From positions 416,001 to 480,000 of the forward strand of contig CBDBKE010000003.1 of assembly GCA_965206645.1 (NCBI GenBank): a DNA stretch of 64,000 nucleotides, written 5' to 3'. The translations under genes and the position numbers were made by a program. The notes beneath the pieces were generated by a model. That model was given only the letters and a program-made list of their open reading frames with translations. It did not search any database and had not been told where the DNA came from. Source of the DNA: Terriglobia bacterium (GTDB lineage Bacteria > Acidobacteriota > Terriglobia > JAJPHL01 > JAPKYU01). Positions within the stretch are counted from its first letter, which is position 1; every line of letters starts with the position of its first letter. Below, piece by piece: positions 28,084 through 38,576 of the stretch.

Positions 28084-29091
28084 ATGAAGGATTTGAGCGT
28101 CTTCTCACGCCCTCTATTCCCAAAGATCAGTGCCCGCGCGTTCCAAGCTTTGCTGCTTCTATGCGTTCTTCTACTCCCCGCGTGTAAGACACGTGAGCAA
28201 CCACTGTACGCAGTCATACCCAAGGGCCAGTCCCATGTCTTCTGGCAATCTGTGCACGCTGGGGCGGTGGCCGCGTCACGAGAGTCAGGTGTGGATATCG
28301 CCTGGAATGGGCCAGCATTGGAAACAGACTTCACAAAACAAATCGCCATCATAGATGCCTTTATCAACCGTCGGGTCGACGGCATCCTGCTCGCTCCGAG
28401 CGAACAGGAGGCTCTTGTACCGGCCATCCAGCGTGCTCACCGAGCTGGCATCCCTCTCACCATCTTCGATTCGCGAGCCCAAACAGAGGACTACGTTTCT
28501 TTTATCGCCACAGACAACTATGCCGGTGGAGTGATGGGGGCACGTCGTCTGGCTAAGATCCTTGGTGGGCGGGGCAGAGTGGCGATGATCGCGGTCATGC
28601 CCGGAGCAGCTTCTACCCTGGAACGCGAGAAGGGATTCCAGGATACGCTCCAGAAGGAGTCTCCGGACATCAAGCTTGTAGCTTGGCAATACGGCATGGC
28701 GGAATACGCACGCTCCCTCACTGTGACCGAAGATATCCTGACAGCCCATCCCACACTCGAGGGCATTTTCGCTTCAAACGAGTCGAGTACGGTTGGAGCA
28801 GCCCAGGCTGTTAAGGGACGGGGATTGGCCGGTAAGATAAAGATTGTGGGCTTCGACTCTTCTCCCAGCTTGCTAGACGATCTGCGAGCCGGAACCATCG
28901 ACTCGCTCGTCCTACAGGACCCGTTTCAAATGGGATACCTGGGCTTGAAGACGCTCATCGACTACCGCGCCGGCCGCGAGCCACCGAAACGAACGGACCT
29001 ACCCCCCACGCTGGTTACCCGCGAGAATCTTGATGACTCCAAAATTCAACGTTTGGTCAATCCTGACATTGAGCGCTACCTGAAGGAATAG
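28084..29091 (+). CDS. Sugar ABC transporter substrate-binding lipoprotein (RbsB-like)
   Basis: Lipobox LPAC, then IPKG...FWQSV, ATDNY, VGFD and LQDPFQMGY. Confidence 0.9.
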   Translation: MKDLSVFSRPLFPKISARAFQALLLLCVLLLPACKTREQPLYAVIPKGQSHVFWQSVHAGAVAASRESGVDIAWNGPALETDFTKQIAIIDAFINRRVDGILLAPSEQEALVPAIQRAHRAGIPLTIFDSRAQTEDYVSFIATDNYAGGVMGARRLAKILGGRGRVAMIAVMPGAASTLEREKGFQDTLQKESPDIKLVAWQYGMAEYARSLTVTEDILTAHPTLEGIFASNESSTVGAAQAVKGRGLAGKIKIVGFDSSPSLLDDLRAGTIDSLVLQDPFQMGYLGLKTLIDYRAGREPPKRTDLPPTLVTRENLDDSKIQRLVNPDIERYLKE

Positions 29092-29099
29092 ATTTTCAC

Positions 29100-30638
29100 A
29101 TGTCGGTCGATGGGATTTCCCGCATCGTCTCCCAACCTTCGTCGTCCCTTGTGGAGCTCCGAGGAATCGACAAGTCCTACGGAGGAGTGCCAGTCCTGAA
29201 ACAGGCCGGTCTCCATGTCGGATTGGGAGAAATTCACGGGCTAGTAGGTGAAAACGGCGCCGGCAAGTCCACACTGGTCAAGATCCTCGGGGGCGAAGTG
29301 CCACGGGACAGCGGCGAAATTCGCTGGCTAGAGGAGCCGACCCCACTCGCCTCTCGAGGCGATGCGGAGCGCCTGGGCATCACAATGATCCACCAAGAAC
29401 TGAACCTGGCGCCCCATCTCACCGTGGCCCAGAACTTATTCCTCGGCCACGAACCGACCCGATTCGGCCGGCCATTCAGAATCATTGATCGTGCACGAGA
29501 ACTCTCCGAAACCCAGGACTTGCTCAAGCGGATTGGGTTCGACTTGGATCCGCAAGTGCAGGTTCGTCGCTTGCGCCCGGCCCAAAGGCAATTGGTCGAA
29601 ATTGCCCGAGCCGTCATCCGGGCTACACGCCTCGTGATCATGGACGAACCGACCTCATCGCTGTCATCCCGAGAGGTGGAAGAGTTATTTCGCGTCGTCC
29701 GGCGGCTGAAGGAGCACGGGACTGCTGTCATTTTCGTGACACACCGTTTGGAGGAACTCGCACAGATCGCTGATCGCACCACAGTCCTGCGTGACGGTGA
29801 AACAGTTCACGAAGGCGCCATGCCACGCCAGGATTTCGGTGAGCTGATTCGCGCTTTAGTTGGACGTGAATTAAAGGATTTCTTTCCACCCCGTAGCTCC
29901 CAGCGAGGGAAGCTCGCACTGGAAGTTCACAACCTGACCCGCCCAAGGAGTTTCATAAATGTCAGTTTTGGCGTCCACGAGGGAGAAATTGTTGGTCTCG
30001 CCGGACTGACTGGGGCAGGTCGAACCGAGCTGGCGGAAGCAATATTTGGGGTGGCGCCACCAGTCGACGGCCAAATCTTCATCCATGGTGAGCAAGCCAC
30101 CATCCGCTCGCCGCAGGACGCGATCCGTTACGGCCTGGCGCTCATTACAGAGGATCGGAAACGGACGGGCCTCACACTAAACCTCGGCGTCGCGAAAAAT
30201 ATTACCCTCGCGAATATGTCCGGCATAACTCGCAAGGGGCTCATCGATCTCAAAAAGGAAGAGCAGGTAGCGCAGCAATTGTTAGACCGTTTGCGGATTC
30301 GCGCAGCTTCCCTAGCCCAGAAGGTCAACCGGTTGAGCGGCGGCAACCAGCAAAAAGTCGTCCTGGCCAAGTGGCTCTTTGGGCAGGGTCGAATTTTTCT
30401 TTTCGACGAGCCCACTCGCGGAGTGGATGTTGGCGCCAAGACGGAAATCTATCGCATCATGAACCAGCTGGCTGGAGCTGGCGCTGCGATTCTGATGATT
30501 TCCTCTGAGTTGCCAGAAATCCTGGGCATGACAGACCGAGTTCTCGTCATGCGTAACAATCGTTTGGTCAAAGAGCTGGTAACGGCCCAGACGACACAGG
30601 AAGAGATCATGCGCTATGCAGCGCTGGAGCAAGAGTAG
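29100..30638 (+). CDS. Sugar ABC transporter ATP-binding protein (RbsA-like)
   Basis: GENGAGKST, MDEPT, LSGGNQQKV and FDEPTRGVDVGAK. Confidence 0.95.
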   Translation: MSVDGISRIVSQPSSSLVELRGIDKSYGGVPVLKQAGLHVGLGEIHGLVGENGAGKSTLVKILGGEVPRDSGEIRWLEEPTPLASRGDAERLGITMIHQELNLAPHLTVAQNLFLGHEPTRFGRPFRIIDRARELSETQDLLKRIGFDLDPQVQVRRLRPAQRQLVEIARAVIRATRLVIMDEPTSSLSSREVEELFRVVRRLKEHGTAVIFVTHRLEELAQIADRTTVLRDGETVHEGAMPRQDFGELIRALVGRELKDFFPPRSSQRGKLALEVHNLTRPRSFINVSFGVHEGEIVGLAGLTGAGRTELAEAIFGVAPPVDGQIFIHGEQATIRSPQDAIRYGLALITEDRKRTGLTLNLGVAKNITLANMSGITRKGLIDLKKEEQVAQQLLDRLRIRAASLAQKVNRLSGGNQQKVVLAKWLFGQGRIFLFDEPTRGVDVGAKTEIYRIMNQLAGAGAAILMISSELPEILGMTDRVLVMRNNRLVKELVTAQTTQEEIMRYAALEQE

Positions 30639-30714
30639 CTGGCAACAAAATTAAAAGATCAAGTCGCGGGCACAAGAAAATAAGAAGACCGATCCGACTG
30701 TCAGTTTCTAGCGC

Positions 30715-31716
30715 ATGGACGACCAATCGGTTGAGACTTCAATGACGTCTGTTGGGCCCAAGCTTCCTAAACACGCTATGCGTCGCGGTTGGTTGGAGCG
30801 CATGCTTCCGTTCGCTAGCGTGGCGGTCCTATTCATCACTCTTTCGATTCTGTCACCCTATTTCCTTACAATTCAAAACCTATCGACGGTCTGCCGCCAG
30901 ACTGCTGTCATCAATATCATGGCGTTGGGGATGACGTTGATCATCATCTCGGGCGGCATCGATCTCTCGGTCGGATCGGTAATGGCTTTTGCAGGAATTT
31001 GCGGCACGATGCTGCTCCAGATGGGGGTTCCCTTTCTACCCTCCATCTTGGGCGCAATGCTGGCCGGCGCCGCGTGGGGCCTGGTAAATTCCCTACTCAT
31101 CACGGTGCTTAGAGTCAGTCCATTCATTGCCACATTGGGCACGATGGGTGTCGCGCGAGGCCTCACTCTGGTGATCACGGGCAGCTTGCCTGTGGTGAAT
31201 CTGCCGGCGTCTTTCGGCCGGCTTGGAGATGGCAATTTTCTGGGGGTCGTTCCGGTGCCTCTAGTGATCCTAGCTACCCTCGCATTGTTAACCGGGTTCA
31301 TTCTGAAGTACACCCGCCTGGGGCGCTACGCTTACGCAATCGGCAGCAATGTCGAGGCAGCACGTTATGCTGGTATTCCCGTCCGTCGGTTTCTGATCGC
31401 TATCTACATCTTTGCTGGCGCGGCGACAGGGCTGGCCGGAATGATTGAGTTCTCGCGGCTGATGACCGGTCAACCTACAGCCGGGCAAGGCTACGAGCTG
31501 TCTGTCATTGCCGCCGTGATCATCGGCGGAGCAAGCTTATCGGGAGGTGAAGGGTCTGTTACTGGCACCATCGCGGGAGCGTTCTTGATGAGCCTCATGT
31601 CGAACGGTAGCAATCTGCTCGGCGTCTCACCATTTTGGCAGCAGGTGCTCATTGGAGTCGTTATCGTCGCGGCCGTGGCCATGGACGAACTTCGCAGGCG
31701 CCGACAGATAACGTAG
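30715..31716 (+). CDS. Sugar ABC transporter permease (RbsC-like)
   Basis: GGIDLSVG, PFIATLG, AIGSN and YELSVIAAVIIGG. Confidence 0.93.
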   Translation: MDDQSVETSMTSVGPKLPKHAMRRGWLERMLPFASVAVLFITLSILSPYFLTIQNLSTVCRQTAVINIMALGMTLIIISGGIDLSVGSVMAFAGICGTMLLQMGVPFLPSILGAMLAGAAWGLVNSLLITVLRVSPFIATLGTMGVARGLTLVITGSLPVVNLPASFGRLGDGNFLGVVPVPLVILATLALLTGFILKYTRLGRYAYAIGSNVEAARYAGIPVRRFLIAIYIFAGAATGLAGMIEFSRLMTGQPTAGQGYELSVIAAVIIGGASLSGGEGSVTGTIAGAFLMSLMSNGSNLLGVSPFWQQVLIGVVIVAAVAMDELRRRRQIT

Positions 31717-31771
31717 GGGCAGGCGAGCAGTTCAGAGACAGCAAAGCCATTCCTAAACAAGGAGAGGTAGC

Positions 31772-32497
31772 ATGGCACATGTGAGTGAAATCGGGCCAGA
31801 TTTGTATCGCATCTCGGCCTTCGTGGAGCAGTTCAACCTTCAGTTCAACCATTTCCTTGTCCTCGACGATGAGCCGCTGCTGTTCCACGCGGGCCTCAAG
31901 GGGATGTTCCCAGAAGTACGCGAGGCAGTGGCAAGCGTTATGGATCCGTCAGGGATTCGTTGGATTGGGTTCAGCCACTTTGAGTCGGATGAATGCGGCG
32001 CCTTGAACCAGTGGCTGGAGCTAGCCCCCAAGGCCCAGCCCGTCTGCAGCGATCTGGGGGCAGCGGTAAGTCTGACTGACTTCTCGATCCGCCCACCCCG
32101 CGGGATGACCGAGGGAGAAGTGTTGCCCACCGGAAAGCGTCGCTTCCGGCTGTGCCGGACGCCGCACCTGCCCCACGGCTGGGACGCCGCCTTGCTGTTT
32201 GAGGAAACAACGAAGACGTTGCTATGTTCGGACCTGTTCCATCAGGTGGGCAAAGTCGAGCCTCTGACGAGGTCCGATGTGGTAGGCCGATCCCGCGTGG
32301 CGTTGAAAGAGTACCAGGCGGGCTTTCTCGCCGATTACGCCCCCTACACTCACTACACCGACAAGATATTTCAAAAGCTGGCCGCTTTGAAGCCCACGAA
32401 ACTGGCAATCATGCACGGTTCTAGCTTTGAAGGTGACGGCGAGCGTGCGCTCCACGAATTGGGCGAAACGTTCCGAGAAATCTTTGGCGGCAAGTAG
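31772..32497 (+). CDS. MBL-fold di-iron protein (FprA N-terminal / ODP-like)
   Basis: [23 protein letters not shown] and MHGS. Confidence 0.8.
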   Translation: MAHVSEIGPDLYRISAFVEQFNLQFNHFLVLDDEPLLFHAGLKGMFPEVREAVASVMDPSGIRWIGFSHFESDECGALNQWLELAPKAQPVCSDLGAAVSLTDFSIRPPRGMTEGEVLPTGKRRFRLCRTPHLPHGWDAALLFEETTKTLLCSDLFHQVGKVEPLTRSDVVGRSRVALKEYQAGFLADYAPYTHYTDKIFQKLAALKPTKLAIMHGSSFEGDGERALHELGETFREIFGGK

Positions 32498-32548
32498 GAC
32501 CGGCGTTACATTTGCGGGTGCCGGGGCTGGCTGCCGGCCAGCGACAAA

Positions 32549-33541
32549 TCACTTCGATTTGAAGCGGGGCGCGTCCGGATAGAAGGCTCGCGCACTGGCC
32601 AGAAATGCGACGTAGGACGGTACCCGGGCGCCGCTTGCGTCCCGGGCGCGGGCTGTCTTGTCCTTCGCATCGAATTCGATAGTGATGGTTTTCCCGGCGA
32701 ACTGGTCGGTCACCGGGGAGCCGGTCTTCTTCATCTGCTTCTTGAGCTGCGAAAAAGGATAGATTTTCGTTTTCCCGTTCAGAGTGATCACCAGCGCCGG
32801 CCTCCGGTCCAAAGGAGCCCCGGCATACGGGTCCCTGGAATAGTCCCGCTGGTGTCCAGTGTCGAACGACAGCACCAGGGTTCGCGGATGCTGTTTCTTC
32901 CAGCGCCCCCAAGTGGTATGCACTGAAAGCAGCACGCGGAGAGGGGTTCCGGTGAGAGTCCCGGTGGCCGCCCGGCCCAGAATCTGTGCCCACAGGCTTT
33001 CCGTCTCGCGGTCGTACATCAGCACATTGCGCTTGTAGAGCAGGCCGGAGACACCGAAGGTGTGCCGCCGGCCGTGGATTTGTGGGTCGTACACGACGCC
33101 CGCACCGACCAGCGGTCACCAGGTGACCAGCGCCGGCTGCCGGCCCACCTCGTCGTTCACGATTTCATGCCAGTTGAGGATGCGAATCGGGTAGGCCTTG
33201 GCCACGCCCTGGAATTCGACCCCCAGAACCACGTCGGAATCCCTCAACACCCGGTCCGCCTGCGCCGCCGTGACAAACTTCGGGGAGTCCAGCGCAGGAA
33301 TGCCGTCCCGCGGAGGACCCCCGCCCTGAATATCCCGGAGCGGAATCAGATGGCGCGTGACGTCAAAGGGTCTTGAGCCATGACCGGATGAGATGGTTTT
33401 CGGCTTCTTTTCGACTTTGATGGACAACTTGCGCTGCGACGCCGGGGCGCCAGGCAGAAGCCCGGCAAACAGCAGCGCCACGAGCCACAGCCTTGCCCCC
33501 TGGCGAAGACTTGTGCGTTTCAAGGCAGATCCCGAACCCAT
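32549..33541 (-). CDS. DUF3179-family protein with in-frame UGA, probable selenoprotein
   Basis: RBS AGGAGG and signal peptide; GGPPRDGIPAL, KAYPIRILNWHEIVND, VTW-TGA-PL (33116-18), then FGVSGLLY..NVLMYDRETESLWAQ in the same frame. Confidence 0.85.
33084..33101 (-). promoter_or_regulatory. Candidate bacterial SECIS hairpin
   Basis: GGGCGUCG-UGUA-CGACCC. The apical loop is ~23 nt after the UGA and contains GU. Confidence 0.6.
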
Positions 33542-33812
33542 TGGTGCGACCTCCTGAGGCGTTCTGATGTTGGACCTGACCATAAAGGCGAGTACCCACG
33601 GATGGCGCAAGTTGCAGGGGGACGAAAAAACTGCGCAATCTGCGCGCTCCGCGGACACCTCTTCGTAAGATGCCGGTAGGCTGCCTTTGGATGCGCCCTC
33701 GCCGGGGCCAGGGACCCGGTGGTCGCAGTGACGCGAGGGATTTTGGCAGCGACCCCAGGCTGGAAGATAATGTTTCCCTCCCGGCCCTGGAATTGGGTGT
33801 TGATTCATAGGA

Positions 33813-34304
33813 TCAGTCGTCGGCTCCGGCAGGGTTGTTCGCTGATCCCACGGGAACTGATCGCAGAGCAGCGTCCAAGACTACCTGAGGCACCGACACG
33901 TTCTCAACCAAATACTCCTTGGCCAGCTCACGCTGCCGCTGAAGCTCCGGGAGTTCGCGCCCATCGATGTCTCCTCCGGCCCATACCTGGGTGAGGAAAT
34001 ACTGATCTCCATATCGGTTGAAGATGAACCTCGGAGAATCATCCTCTCCCGATTTAGCTGGCACGGTGTTGGACCAGAGCAGCAAGCTTCGGCTTTCATC
34101 TTCTCCAATATGAATCATGAACACACCCTGCGGATTCGTGTACTGAACAGCGTAGCTGCCGGTCGGATACGCTGTATTCCCGACCATGAAATCAAACGGG
34201 ATGTCCGCCCAGACCTCGCTGTCAGAGTCTGCATGGACAGAGACAACTGCCAGCATGGCCAGGAGACTCGCCATCGCCAGAACCGTTAGAGCTTGCTTTT
34301 TCAT
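33813..34304 (-). CDS. Secreted hypothetical protein (IPFDF...G.Y family), paralog 1
   Basis: RBS GGAGG, signal peptide, ADIPFDFMVG and FNRYGDQYFL. Confidence 0.8.
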   Translation of the reverse strand: MKKQALTVLAMASLLAMLAVVSVHADSDSEVWADIPFDFMVGNTAYPTGSYAVQYTNPQGVFMIHIGEDESRSLLLWSNTVPAKSGEDDSPRFIFNRYGDQYFLTQVWAGGDIDGRELPELQRQRELAKEYLVENVSVPQVVLDAALRSVPVGSANNPAGADD

Positions 34305-34494
34305 AATAACCTCCAGTCCTTGCTTAGAATCTCGAGAAGGTGACAGTCGAAAGCTGACCGACCTCCAGGTTCAACTTGGGTGGAATTGGTCCTGCGACCA
34401 ACTCCTTTGCCGACGTACGGTACCGAACCAAAACGGCAACCCGAAGAGGGGCCATGCTCGGGTTGCCGTCTGTTTCGATAGGCTACCTGCGAGC

Positions 34495-34869
34495 TTACTG
34501 GAGCTCGCGCCCACCGAGGCCTCCTCCCACCCATACCTGGGCGAGGACATACTGATCCCCATCCCGGTTGAAGATGAGCTTCGGAGAATCATCCCCCATC
34601 ACTACCGATTTACCTTTTCTCACGGCGTTGGTGAAGGAGACTGCTGACCTACTGTGATCCAGGTTTTGAATCACGAGGGTAGTCTCGTTGCTGTTGTACT
34701 TAGCAGTGTAGGTGCCGGCCGGAAGCGTTTCATTCCCGACCACGAAAGCAAACGGGATGTCCGCCCGGACCTTCCGGACCTTGCTGTCACTATCTGCGTG
34801 GAGGGAGACCACTGACCCTATGGCCAAGAGACCCGCCATCGCCAGAATCGTTAGAGCTTGCTTTTTCAT
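34495..34869 (-). CDS. Secreted hypothetical protein, paralog 2 (shorter C-terminus)
   Basis: RBS AAGGAGG, MKKQALTILAMAG, ADIPFAFVVG and FNRDGDQYVL. Confidence 0.75.
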   Translation of the reverse strand: MKKQALTILAMAGLLAIGSVVSLHADSDSKVRKVRADIPFAFVVGNETLPAGTYTAKYNSNETTLVIQNLDHSRSAVSFTNAVRKGKSVVMGDDSPKLIFNRDGDQYVLAQVWVGGGLGGRELQ

Positions 34870-35115
34870 AGTGACCTCCTTGAGTTTTGTGAGAAGGGGC
34901 GGGCCACCCCGCCACTTTCGATTTCGCTTTTTTTTCAGGCAATAAATGTGATGCAACCAGAAGGCAATGAGATTCACATTCGAATCCAGAATTCGAAAGC
35001 CTCGACTGGTAGCGACACGCCATCGTCGGCGATCCTCAAAAGAGCGGAGAAGGCAGCCGGCACCTGCGGCAAAGGCTCCCGGCAGGGCTCACGGCAAATG
35101 CACTAGAATGGCACT

Positions 35116-35799
35116 GTGGCCGGCGCGGTGGAACTGCTGGGAGTGAGGCGGGTGTATACCGCCAACGGCCGCGAAGTGGTCGCGGTGTCGGACGTTACTG
35201 CCTCGTTTTCCTCCGGCAGCTTCACCGCCCTGATGGGGCGCAGCGGCTGCGGTAAGAGCACGCTGTTAAACCTGGCCGGGGCGATGGACCGGCCGACAGC
35301 CGGCGAAGTGCGCCTCCTGGGACAGCCCACCCGCGCGCTGTCCGACGATGCGCTCACCCGCTTGCGCCGCCGCCAGGTGGGCTTCGTCTTCCAGTTCTTC
35401 AACCTGCTGCCAACGCTGAGCGTTCAGGAGAACGTCGAGTTGCCCCTGCTGCTGGACGGGCGCCGCGATGGCGCCGGGCCCGTCCGCCGGGTGCTGGAAC
35501 AGGTGGAGTTGTGGGACCGGGGCCGGGATTATCCGCACCAGCTCTCGGGAGGCGAGATGCAGCGGGTGGCCATTGCCCGGGCCCTGGCGCACGGGCCCGC
35601 CGTGCTGCTTGCCGACGAACCCACGGGCAACCTGGACAGCGCCACGGCCCAGACGGTCCTGGAGCTGATGGCTTGCACCTGCCGCGAGTTGGGAGTCACC
35701 GTGATCCTGGCTACTCACAGCCGCGAGGCCGCGGCCTTCGCCGATCGCTTGCTGTTGATGCGCGACGGACGCATCGAGAGTGAGAAGTCCAATGCCTAA
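35116..35799 (+). CDS. ABC transporter ATP-binding protein (LolD/MacB-type)
   Basis: [19 protein letters not shown] and ADEPTGNLD. Confidence 0.93.
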   Translation: MAGAVELLGVRRVYTANGREVVAVSDVTASFSSGSFTALMGRSGCGKSTLLNLAGAMDRPTAGEVRLLGQPTRALSDDALTRLRRRQVGFVFQFFNLLPTLSVQENVELPLLLDGRRDGAGPVRRVLEQVELWDRGRDYPHQLSGGEMQRVAIARALAHGPAVLLADEPTGNLDSATAQTVLELMACTCRELGVTVILATHSREAAAFADRLLLMRDGRIESEKSNA

Positions 35800-35867
35800 G
35801 GTCCAAAGTCCAGAGTCGGAACGCCCCCCTGTCCGGCTACGACTTTGGACCTTGGACTTTGGACTTC
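35785..35867. repeat. Inverted array of 7-bp repeats (AGTCCAA / GACTTTG)
   Basis: AAGTCCAATGCCTAAGGTCCAAAGTC pairs with GACTTTGGACCTTGGACTTTGGACTT. Confidence 0.75.
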
Positions 35868-38459
35868 AGACTAAGACTCTTCCGCAGCTTCATCCTCCGC
35901 CCGCTGTGGAACGACATCCTGCGCACCCTGCTGAGCGTGGTCGCGGTGGCGCTGGGTATCGGCGCGGTGGTAGCCATCCAGCTGGCCAACCGGAGCGCTA
36001 TCTCCTCCTTCCAGGAGTCGGTCACCGAGATTAGCGGCCGGGCCAACCTCAGCATCACGGCCCTGGTTCCCTTCAACGAGCAATTGCTGCCCGTTGTTTA
36101 CAACGCGTTTGCGGGACAGCAGGCGGAAGTCGAGATCGCGCCTGTGGTGGAAGGCAGCGTGGTTGAGCCACGCTCGGGCGAGGCCCTGGAGATACTGGCC
36201 GTGGACCTGGCCACCGATCGGGCGGTGCGCGACATTGCCACTGAAGGGGCCACCGAAGGGGCCACCGAGGGGGCCGCTGAAGGGCGGCCCACCACCCGCG
36301 ACCTGCTGTTGTTGTTGACCGACCCAAATTCGCTGTTGCTGGGCCGCGGGTTCGCCACCCGCCACCACCTCCGGTCAGGCAGTGAGCTGACCCTGGTGGC
36401 CAACGACCGCCCGCAGAAGTTCACCGTCCGTGGCGTCCTTGCCGATTCGGGACCAGGCCGGGCACTGGCGGGCAATATCGCCGTGATGGACATAGCGGCT
36501 GGCCAGTTGCTGTTCGGTCGCCAGGGCAAGCTGGATCGCATTGACATGGTGGTGCCTCCGGAACGGCTAGCGAAAACGCGCGCTCGGCTGGCGCCGCTGC
36601 TGCCACCCGGTGTCTCCCTGGAGAGGCCGCGGGCGCGCGGGGAGCAGGTGGAGAAGATGCTGCGCGCCTTTCGCTTGAACCTTTCGGCCTTGAGCCTGGT
36701 TTCGCTGATCGTGGGGGCGTTTCTTATCTACAACACAATTGCCATCTCGGTAGTGCGCCGGCGGCCGGAGGTGGGGGCGCTGCGGGCCGTGGGGGCCACG
36801 CGCTCCGCCGTGGTGGGGCTGTTTCTGGCCGAAGCCGCACTGCTCGGCCTGGCGGGCTCGGTCGTTGGAATTCTGTTGGGCCGCCTGATGGCCGGCCAGG
36901 CCCTGAAGTTGGTGGCCGCCACAGTGAATGCCCTGTGGGTGAGCGTCGTTGCCGCCCCGGTTGCTCTCAGCTGGCATCTGGCGGGGTTCGCTCTGGCGGT
37001 AGGTGTCAGTGCTGCTTTGCTGGCGGCACTCGGGCCAGCACTGGAGGCTGCCCGTGTGGAAACCGCCGACGCGCTCCGCCGCGGAGCCCACGAGCGCGCT
37101 CGGCGCCTGCGCCTGCGACGCAGTGCCGCTGCTGGTCTGCTGGTGCTGGCGGCTGCCTACGGCGCGGCTCGCCTGCCCGCGGTCGAAGCCGGGCCCGTCT
37201 TCGGCTACGTCGCGGCCGTGCTCCTAGTAGCGGCGTTCGCGCTACTGATGCCTGCGCTGATGGCTGGTTACTCTGGCATTTGCTCGACGCTGCTAGGCCG
37301 GGCGGGAACGATCACCGGGACGCTGGCCGCTCGCAGCCTGGGCGCCGCGCTGGGGCGCGCCTCCGTGCTGGCCATGGCGCTGACCACTGCAATCGCCATG
37401 ATGGCCAGCGTGGCCATCATGGTCACCAGCTTTCGCCGCACCGTCGAGCTTTGGAGCGAGCAGACACTGCGCGCCGACCTCTTCATTCGTGCTCCGGGCA
37501 GCCGCAGCGGGCGCGTGCGCTCGGCCACTATCTCGCCGGAAACCGTCCAGGCCATCCGCCAGACGCCGGGGGTGGCCGCCGTGGATGCGTTTCGCTCGGT
37601 GGAGATCACGTTCCGCGGTGCGCCTGCGTTTCTTGCATCCGTCGACTGGGAGGTGCTCAGCCACTACGGCAACCTGATGTTTCTTGACGGGCGCCCGGCG
37701 GCGGAAGTGCTCCGCCCCGAACTCGATGCCGTCATCGTCAGCGAACCGTTCTCGCTGCGGCACGGTGTGCGGCGAGGTGACACGATCGTGCTGCCCACTC
37801 CCTCAGGAGACCAACCATTCCGGGTGCAGGGGGTTTACTACGACTACTCGAGTGACCAGGGCTATGCGGCGATGAACCGGCGCGACTGGCTGCGCTGGGG
37901 CGGGGACCCCGGAGCCACCAGCCTGGCGGTGTACCTGGCGCCGAGGGCCGATGGCGCCCAGGTGCGGGCTGAAATTGCGCGGCGCACGGCGGGGCGCGCC
38001 CTGCTCACCTCCAACCGCGAGCTGAAAGCCAGAGTGCTGCACATTTTTGATCGCACCTTTGCCATCACCTGGGTACTGGAAGCGATCGCCATTTGCGTGG
38101 CGATCCTGGGCATCGCCAACGCGCTGCTGGCCCTGGTGCTGGAGCGGCGCCGCGAACTCGGCATCCTGCGCTACCTGGGTGCCAGCCGCAGCCAGCTGCG
38201 CGACCTGGTGTTGTTCGAATCCGGGTTGCTGGGCCTGCTGGCATCGGCCGCCGGCCTGGTGCTGGGCCTGGTGCTTTCGTTGGTGCTGATCTACGTGATC
38301 AACCGCCAGTCGTTCGGCTGGACGATTCAGTTCTCCCTGCCCGTTGGCTTCTTGAGTGTGGCAACGCTGGCAGTTTTTCTGGTCACCTGTCTCAGCGCAC
38401 TCTATCCGGCGCGCCAGGCGGCCCGGATTGACCCGGTCGAGGCCGTTCTGATTGAGTAA
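35859..38459 (+). CDS. ABC transporter permease, double FtsX/MacB type
   Basis: RRPEVGALRAVGA and RRRELGILRYLGA motifs; two 4-TM halves. Confidence 0.9.
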   Translation: MDFRLRLFRSFILRPLWNDILRTLLSVVAVALGIGAVVAIQLANRSAISSFQESVTEISGRANLSITALVPFNEQLLPVVYNAFAGQQAEVEIAPVVEGSVVEPRSGEALEILAVDLATDRAVRDIATEGATEGATEGAAEGRPTTRDLLLLLTDPNSLLLGRGFATRHHLRSGSELTLVANDRPQKFTVRGVLADSGPGRALAGNIAVMDIAAGQLLFGRQGKLDRIDMVVPPERLAKTRARLAPLLPPGVSLERPRARGEQVEKMLRAFRLNLSALSLVSLIVGAFLIYNTIAISVVRRRPEVGALRAVGATRSAVVGLFLAEAALLGLAGSVVGILLGRLMAGQALKLVAATVNALWVSVVAAPVALSWHLAGFALAVGVSAALLAALGPALEAARVETADALRRGAHERARRLRLRRSAAAGLLVLAAAYGAARLPAVEAGPVFGYVAAVLLVAAFALLMPALMAGYSGICSTLLGRAGTITGTLAARSLGAALGRASVLAMALTTAIAMMASVAIMVTSFRRTVELWSEQTLRADLFIRAPGSRSGRVRSATISPETVQAIRQTPGVAAVDAFRSVEITFRGAPAFLASVDWEVLSHYGNLMFLDGRPAAEVLRPELDAVIVSEPFSLRHGVRRGDTIVLPTPSGDQPFRVQGVYYDYSSDQGYAAMNRRDWLRWGGDPGATSLAVYLAPRADGAQVRAEIARRTAGRALLTSNRELKARVLHIFDRTFAITWVLEAIAICVAILGIANALLALVLERRRELGILRYLGASRSQLRDLVLFESGLLGLLASAAGLVLGLVLSLVLIYVINRQSFGWTIQFSLPVGFLSVATLAVFLVTCLSALYPARQAARIDPVEAVLIE

Positions 38460-38576
38460 AAAAGGTTGAGTCCTTAGGCCGAATCCTGCCAGCCCAGGGC
38501 ATTGCGGCAATGGATTGTGATAGCGGGGGCGAACGGGTCTACAATGGCATCTCGCAAGGCCAGTTGGGAGGAAGCG

